Origin: Mobula hypostoma | Taxonomy: Eukaryota | Assembly: GCF_963921235.1 (NCBI RefSeq) | Contig: NC_086108.1 | Coordinates: forward strand, 111,788,001 to 111,852,000 | Length of the DNA stretch: 64,000 nt | Direction: 5' to 3' | Part shown: one piece after another, positions 42,901 to 51,900 of the stretch | Layout of the letters: the number at the start of each line of letters is the position of its first letter | Position numbering within the stretch: the first letter of the stretch is position 1 | Made by a program: the position numbers and the translations under genes | Notes under the pieces: model-generated | Database searches by the model: none | Seen by the model: the letters and a program-made list of their open reading frames with translations, nothing else | Told to the model about the DNA's origin: nothing

Positions 42901-45900
42901 TTTCCATTGACCATTCTTTTGCTTTATCAAGATTCTGCCTCAGACATGAGAGGGACTGAACGGCCTCCTCTGTGACCAATGACCGAGAGTACGTATTGGC
43001 ATTGGTTTATTATCGTCACAGGTACCGAGATAAATTGAAAGGTACAGTGAAAGGCTTGTCTTAAGACCATAAAACGTAGGAGCAGAGGCATTTGGCTCAT
43101 CGAGTCTGCTCCACTGTCCTGTCTGATTTATTACCCCTGGAGTGCCGGAGGCTGCCAGCAGATCTGATCCAGGTTTATAGATTATAGAAACATAGAAACA
43201 TAGAAAATAGGTGCAGGAGTAGGCCATTCGGCCCTTCGAGCCTGCACCGCCATTTATTATGATCATGGCTGATCATCCAACTCAGAACCCCGCCCCAGCC
43301 TTCCCTCCATACCCCCTGACCCCCGTAGCCACAAGGGCCATATCTAACTCCCTCTTAAACATAGCCAATGAACTGGCCTCAACAGTTTGCTGTGGCAGAG
43401 AATTCCACAGATTCACCACTCTCTGTGTGAAGAAGTTTTTCCTAATCTCGGTCCGAAAAGGCTTCCCCTCTATCCTCAAACTGTGACCCCTCGTTCTGGA
43501 CTTCCCCAACATCGGGAACAATCTTCCTGCATCTAGCCTGTCCAATCCCTTTAGGATCTTATACGTTTCAATCAGATCCCCCCTCAATCTTCTAAATTCC
43601 AACGAGTACAAGCCCAGTTCATCCAGTCTTTCTTCATATGAAAGTCCTGCCATCCCAGGAATCAATCTGGTGAACCTTCTTTGTACTCCCTCTATGGCAA
43701 AGATGTCTTTCCTCAGATTAGGGGACCAAAACTGCACACAATACTCCAGGTGTGGTCTCACCAAGGCCTTGTACAACTGCAGTAGTACCTCCCTGCTCCT
43801 GTACTCGAATCCTCTCGCTATAAATACCAGCATACCATTATGAGAGGCATAGGGTCAGAGCCTTTTTCCCAAGGAACAAATGTCAAAGACTAAAGGGCAG
43901 GGGTCTAAGGTGAGAGGGGAAAATTTAAAGGGGATTTATGAGGGAAGTGTTTTTTACACAGAAGGTGATGGATGCCTGGAACAGGTTGCCAGAGGTGGTG
44001 GAGACACGTCTGATGGGAATGTCTAACAGGCGTTTAGACAGGTACACGAACAGACAGAGAATGGAGGGGCGTGAACTGTGTATAGTCAGAAGGGATGAGG
44101 CATCATGGTCAGCACAGACAGGGTGGACCGAAGAGCCTCGACCTGTGCTCTCTTGTTCATGTTCCACGGCCTCCTCTACTGCCACAATGAGGCCACGTTC
44201 AGGTTGGAGGAGCAAATTCTCATATTTCATCTGGGACATCAATTTCTCCATCTTCTGGTAATTTCTTCTCCCTCCCCCTTCTCTTTTTTCCCATTCTCCA
44301 TTCTGGCTCCCCTCAAGTTCAAGTTCAAATTTAATTGTCGTTCAACCATACCTGAATGCAGCTAAATGAAGCAACATTATCCCTTCCCTTCCCACAGAAG
44401 GAGAGTCTTATCTCCTTCTGGTGTCCCTCCTCCTTCCCTTTCTCCCATGTTCCACTCTCCTCTTCTATCAGATTCCCTCTTTATCTCTTCCACCTATCAC
44501 CACCCAGCTTTTCACTTCATCCACCCCTCTCCCACCTACCTACCTTCCCCCTCAACCTCTCTGCTATCACCTCCTACCAGCTTGTACTCCTCCCTCTCCC
44601 TCGACCTTCTTATTCTGACTTCTTCCCTCTTCCTTCCCCATCCTGATGAAGGGTCTCGATATGAAATGTCGACTTTTTACTAATTTCCATAGATGCTGTC
44701 TGACCTGCTGAGTTTCTCCATTATTTTATGTGTGTTGCTCTGGATTTCCAGCATCTGCAGAATCGCTTGTAAGAAAACGCCAACGACAACTCACAACCAT
44801 TGGACCGTCCCAGAATCTCTTGTTAAGAGCTCAGTTTCTGATTGGTTATGAATTCCTTTACCCTTTCCACCCACCACCTCTCAGCTTCATCCGCCTTTCC
44901 CACCTATCTGGCTTCACCCATCAATTTCTAGCTTGTCCTACTTCTCCTCCTCCCGCCTTCTTACTCTGCTTCCTGCCCTCTTCCTTTCCAATCCTGAAGA
45001 TAGGTCTCAGCCCGAAGCGTTGACTGTTTATTCATTTCCATTAATTCTGCCTGAGCTGTTGGGTTCCTCCAGTATTTTGAGTGTGTTGCTCCGGATTTCC
45101 AGTATCTCCAGTGTCCCTGTTCTGTGTTTATCTCAACAGAGAAGCAGCATCTCCTGGCAGTGTCTGATGACTTTGGAACCCTGCACATTCTGGAGGTGCC
45201 CTGGTCTCTGAAACATCCACTTAACCAGGAGGTGAGGAATGGGATCGTTTCTCCGCCTCATCTCCGGCAGATCTTCCCCAACTCTGTCCCATCAGAACTT
45301 ATGTTTGGCAGACAAATTCAGTGGAGAGAAGCACCCCATATGCTGAACAGTCCGGCAAGGAGTGGACCATCTGACGTGTCAATACTCCTCCATCATTCTG
45401 TGCAATCCACCATTGTAGCTCCACTTTACACCAAATTCATCGCCTCACATTGTCTGTTTCTATTCACAGAGAAAAAGTACTTAGGAAGTACCCAGGTGTG
45501 GTGGTAGAGGCAGATATGTTAGGGACATTTAAGGCACCTGGAGGTAAGAGAAATGGAGCGTTATTTGGGAAGGAACCTCCAAGGTGACCGCAAGCTTGTC
45601 ATTGGGTTTGGAGGCTTGCGTGCTTCAATGACCCAGAGAACTTTGCTGGCTGGAGTCAGGGCTTGATGCACTGGCGCTTGGTAGGGGCACTCATGCCAAA
45701 AAGATCAAAGGGTAGAGGGCAGACTAAGAGTGGTCCGCTGGTCCTCCAGGTTCAGGAGAGATAACAACCCTAACTGGTCAAACAAAATAGTTACAGAAAC
45801 AGCAATGAAGAATCCTTCTACGTCTGAGTGTGATGATGTTCCTGAACCTCCACCCAGACTTGCATGAGTGACAGTGGTGAAAACTGAGGGGAAGCTACCG

Positions 45901-48900
45901 ACATGATGAAGGAAGCCTGGAACTCTGCCAGGGATGGAGGACCTTCGTAGCTGCCCTCAAGACCAGCGGCGTAATGGGCAGTAAGTAATTGGGAGGGAAG
46001 GGTTAGATTGATCTTAAGGTCGGCACAACATAGTGGGCTGAAGGGCCGGTAGTGTGCTGTACTGTTCTCTGTTCTATGGTCAGGAGCATGACTAAAGATA
46101 GAGAAGTAAGATTACCTGTATTTGTCACATATACGTCGAAACATGCATTGTTTGCACAATGACCAGCTCAGTCCGAGGAAGTGCTGGGGAAGCCTGCCAG
46201 TGTCCATGCACAACTTACTCACCCTAACCCATATGCCGTTGGAATGTGGGAGGGAAGTCACACGGTCACAGGCGAGGATGCACTAACTCCTTACGGACAG
46301 CAGTGGGAATTGGTGCTATTAAATGTTGCACTAAACGCCACCTGATAAACGATGGTGTTTGCAGCGGTGAATTAACAAGAATGACAGTCGCTCAGACTGA
46401 TGCTCACTGCCTTTTGCAGAAGTCCATTGTGGAAGGTTACTTTGAGAAAGAGGTGAAGCGACTCAGTTACTTTGGGACAAGAAAACTACAAAGAACAGAA
46501 AAAATTGAAAAGGAAGATGAAAAGAAGCAGGTGAGTGAGGAGACTTGTTCCTCTGGAGACACAAGAGAGCAGAGGTGCTGGGGTCTGCATCAACAACACT
46601 GGGGTGTCTCGGCAGCTGTGGGCGAGGGCAGGACACTTAACGTTTTGAGTTGAGACCTTTCATCAGGACTGAAATATAGAGCGGAAATAGCCATTTTTAA
46701 GAGTTTAGGAGAAAGGGTGGAAAAAGCTGCCAAGTGATGGGTGGATCAGGTGAGGAGGGGTGATAGTCAGATGGAGGAGGGGGAGTGGGGATAATGACAG
46801 AGACTGGGAGGTGATGGGTGGCTCCAGGTGAGGAGGGTGATGGACAGATGGAGGAAAGGAGAGCGGGGATAGTGACAGAGGCTGGGAGGTGAGGAGGGTG
46901 ATAGTCAGGTGGAGGAGGGGAGAGTGAGGATATCACAGCTGGTTTATTATCCCTCTCAGCCGCGTTCTGCTGCCTTCTCGCTGTAACCTTTGACATTCTG
47001 TCAATCTCTGCTTTAAATATACTCAATGACTTGGCCTCCACAGGTGTCTGTGACAATGAATTCCACAGATTCACTACCCCCTGGCTAAAGAAATTCCTCC
47101 TTAACCCTGTTCTGAAGGGATGTCACTCTATTTTGATGCTGTGCCCTCTGGTGCTAAACCCACCCACTGTAGGAAACATCCTGTTCGTGTCCTCTCTATT
47201 TAGGCCTTTCAATATTCAATATGTTTCAATAACATCATTTTTGTAAACTCCAGTGATTACAGGGCCGAAGTCATTAAACGCTCCTCATACATGAAACCAG
47301 ACATTCCCGGGATCATTCTCGTGAACTCCTCTGAACTCACTCCAATGCCAGCACATCCTTTCTTAGATAAGAGGCCCAAAACTGCCCACAATACTCTAAG
47401 TGCAGTCTGCCCAATACCTTATAATGCCTCAACATTACATCCTTGCTCTAATATTCTAGTCCTCTTGAAATGAATTCTAACATTGCATTTGCCTTCCTCA
47501 CCACTGACTCAACCTGCAAATTAACCTTTAGGAAATTCTTCATGAGGACTCCCAAGTCGCTTTGATTTTTGAATTTGCTTCCTGCTCAGAAAACAATCCA
47601 TGTCTTTATTCCTTCTACTAAAGTACATGACCATACACTTCTCTACATTGTAACATTGTATTCCATTTGATATATTTTGTCCACTCTCCCATCTCTAAGT
47701 CATTCTGCAGACTCCCTGTTTTCTCAACACTACCTGCCCCTCCATCTATCTTTGTATCATTCGCAAACCTGGCCACAAAGCATCAATTCCGTCATCCACG
47801 TGTAACATGGAAAGAAGCAGTCCCAATTCTGATACCCGAGGAACCCTACTCTTCAATGACCTTGTCCTGACGAAGGGTCTCAGCCCGAAACGTCAACTGT
47901 ACCTCTTCCTAGAGATGCTGCCTGGCCTGCTGCGTTCACCAGCAACTTTGATGTGTGTTGTTTTCAATGGCCAGTATAGTTCAAACTAAATGTATTATTG
48001 AAGTAGATATATGTCATCATATACAAGAGAAGAGAGCATGACCGAGATGGTGGAGGTCCCTGATGATGGATGTCCCATGATAGGGCTTGGTAGAGATATG
48101 CTCAATGGTGGGGAAGGCTTTATTTTCATTCTTTGGCTCCTGCCAGTCAGTGATCTTCTATCCATGCTAGTATGGTCCTGTAATACCATGGGATCTTATC
48201 TTGTTAAGCACGTGTGTCACCTTGTCAAAGGCCTTCTGAAAACCCAAGCACACAACATCCACTGACTCCCCTTAGTCTATCCGGTCTGTTACGTTCTTAA
48301 AGAATTCCAACATGTTTGTCAGGCAAGGTTTCCCATTAAGAACACAGTGCTGACTTTGGCCTATTTTATCATGTGCTTCCAACACCCACCTACTTCATCA
48401 CAGGGCAATTTACAATGACCTACCAACCAATACGTCTTTGAACTGTGGGAGGAAAGCAGATCTTTAAAAAGAGGTGACATAGGATTGGAAGATGTAGAAT
48501 CCTCGTGGGTAGAGTTTAAGAAACAGCAGGGTAAAAATACCCTGACTGGCGTTATGGGAGTTATATACAGGACTACAAACAGTAGCCAGGATGTGGGCTG
48601 CATATTACAAAAGGATATAAAAAGGCACGTAAAAAGGGCAATGTTGTGATAGTCATGGGAATTTCAACATGCAGGTAGATTGAGAAAATCAGATTGCAGC
48701 TAGATCCCAAGCCAGAGATTTTATAGAATGCCTGTGAGGTGGCTTTTGAGAGCAGTTTGTGGTTGAGTATTCTAGAGGATAAACCATTCTGGATTAGGTC
48801 TTGTGCAATAAAACAGAATTGATTAGAAAGCTTAAGTTAAAGGAATATGACAGAATTCACATACCCTTTGAGAAAGAGAAGCTACAGTCAAATGATCAGG

Positions 48901-51900
48901 ACACAGGAGTAAAGAGAATTATAGAGGCATCAGGAAGGAGCTGGCCAAGGTTGATTGAAAGGGGATACTAGCAGAGGTGACAGCAGAGCAGCAATGGCTG
49001 GAGTTTCTGGGAGCAATTCAGAAGGGGCAGGATAGATTCATTCCAACAAAGAAATTGAATTTTAAAGGCAAGATGACACACTGTGGCTGACAAGGGAAGT
49101 CAAAGCGAGAGTAGATATTGGACTGTTGGAAAATGACACTGGAGAGGCAGAAATGGGGAACAAGGAAATCGCTAATTCGCTAAATAAGTATTTTGCATCG
49201 ATCTTCACTATGGAAGACACTAGCAGTATGCTAGAATTTCAACAGTGTCAGAGGGCAGAAATGAGTGTAGTTGCTATTACTTGGGAAAAGGTGCTTGAGA
49301 AGCTGACAGTCCTGAAGGTAGATAAGTCACTTGAACCAGATGGACTGTACCCCAGTGTTCTAAAAGAGGTAGCTGAAGAGGTCATGGAGGGATTAGTAAT
49401 AATCATTCAGGAATCGCTAGATCTTGGAATGGTTCTGGAGGACAGGAAAATTGCAAATGCTTCTCCACTCTTAAGGAAGGGAGGGAGGCAGAAGAAAGAA
49501 AATCAAAGGCCAGTTAACCGACTTCGGTGGTTGGGAAGGTATTGCAGTCAATTATTAAGGATGAGGTTTCTGGGTACTTGGAGGTACTTGATAAAAAAGG
49601 CTGTAGTCAGCATGGTTTCCTCATGGGAAATCCTTCCCTAACAAATCTCTTGGAATTTTCTGAAGAAATAACCAGCAGGATAGACAAAGGAGGGTTGGTG
49701 GATGTTTGGTGCTTGGATTTTCAGAAGGTCTTTGACAAGATGCCACACATGGCTGCCCGTGATATTACAGGAAAGATGCTAACAAGGATAGAGCATTTGC
49801 TGATTGGCGGGAGGCAAAGAGTGGGAATAAAAGGAGCCATTTTTGATTGGCTGACAGTGACTGATGTTCTACAGACGTTAGAGTTGGGACTGCTTCTTCT
49901 TACTTTATACATCAATTATTTTGATGGTGGAATTCAAGCATCTGTAACAAAGTTTGCGGACAATACAAAAATTGGGGGAAGGGCAGGTAGTGTTGTGGAA
50001 GCAGGGAGGCTGCAGAAGAACTTGGACAGATTAGGACAGGGGTCCCCAACCTTTTTTGCACTGCGGACCGGCCGACGGGGGGGGGGGGAGGTCGGGTTGC
50101 CAACGAACAGGAGTAGCAGTCAAATGCGTTTTTTACCCTAAAGACTACAATGACCATGAGGCCTTGCGTGGGCACCAATGCGCAAGCGTGTTGTGACCTG
50201 CCGCTTATTCTGTTCGTGGGGTTGGTGTTAATCACTACCGGAATATAGGCGATAAGTGGGTAATACACTCAATTTTGTTTCTAAACGGGTTTATCTAACG
50301 AATTTAATATTAAACACACAGCGCATCTTTTCCTCGCATGGATATAATGGTAAGTCAATTATCAGGGGAGCGTGAAGTGTTGAACGAACTTCCAGTAGAA
50401 GTGGCAGAAGCAGGTTCGATATGATCATTTAAAGAAATATTGGACAGGTATCTGGGCAGGAAAGGAATGGAGGGGTATGGGCTGAGTGCAGGTCGGTGGG
50501 ACTAGGTGAGAGTAGCGTTCGGCACGGACTAGAAGGGCCGAGATGGCTGTTTCCGTGCTGTAATTGTTATATGGTTATATAGGTCACTTATAAGTCAATA
50601 GCATCATAACATTTTAAGTAACGTTTGGATATTAAACACACAGCACATATTTTCCCCGTATGAATATATAAAATCATTGCAACACACCAATATCGCTGAA
50701 TCAGTGGGAGCCCTGGGCTTGTTTCCCTGCAACAAGACGGTCCCATCGAGGGGTGACGGGAGACAGCGATACTCGAAGGGGTTCCTGACGTCCAGTCTAT
50801 TCCGCAGTTTAGTTTCCGTTGCATTCATTGCAGAAAAATGTTGGGAATGAAAGCAACGCTTTGAGTGCTTTCGTGGCTATCTCAGGATATTTAGCCTTGA
50901 CTTTGATCCAAAATGCCGACAGAGATGTTATGTCAAACATACTTTTCAGCCCGTCGACATTTGCAAGCTCGAGGAGTTGATCTTCCCGCCCTGACACGGA
51001 TGACGCGCGGGTCATGACCTCGCATGCGTAATGGCTGATCAGTGGGCGTGACAGAGAATGAAGGAAAGGTGCAGCTGACCAATCATATCGTTTCCTCGCG
51101 GCCCGGTAGCGCATACTCCGCGGCCCGGTTGTTGGGGACCGCTGGATTAGGAGAATGGGCAAAGAAGTGGAAAATGAAATACTGTGTCATGAAGTGAATG
51201 GCCGTGCAGTTTGGTAGCCCCAAAGGAAGCACAGGCTATTTTCTAAATGGGAAGAAAACGGGAAGAGGTTACAGTGGGACATTGATAGGATGCAAAACTG
51301 GGCTGAGAAGTGGCAGATGGAGTTCAACCCAGATAAGTGTGAGGTGATTTATTTTGGTAGGTCAAATATGATGGCAGAATATAGACTCTTGGCAGTGTGG
51401 AGGATCAGAGAGATGCACAGGACACTCAAAGCTGCTGCGCAGGTTGACTCTGTGGTTAAGAAAGCATACGGTGCATTGGCCTTCATCAATTGTGGGATTG
51501 AGTTTAAGAGCTGAGAGGTAATGTTGCAGCTAAATAGGATCCTGGTCAGACCCCACTTGGAGTACTGTGATCAGTTCTGATTGCCTCACTACAGGAAGGA
51601 CGTGGAAACCATAGAAAGGGTGCAGAGGAGATTTACAAGGATGTTGCCTGGATTAGGGAACATGCCTTATGAGAATAGGTTGAGTGAACTCAGCCTTTTC
51701 TCCTTGGAGAGACGGAGGATGAGAGGTGACCTGATAGAGGTGTATAAGATAATGAGAGGCATTGATCGTGTGGACAGTCAGAGGCTTTTCCCCAGGGCTG
51801 AAATGGCTAGCACGAGAAGGCATAGTTTTAAGGGTCTTGGAAGTAGGTACAGAGGAGATGGCAGGGGTAAGTTTTTACACGGAGAGTGGTGAGTGTGTGG

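Noticed and set aside
50809..51162. ZBED5/SCAND3-like host exon (also 58658-58927)
   Set aside because: Lies inside two TIR-bounded copies of a hAT element.
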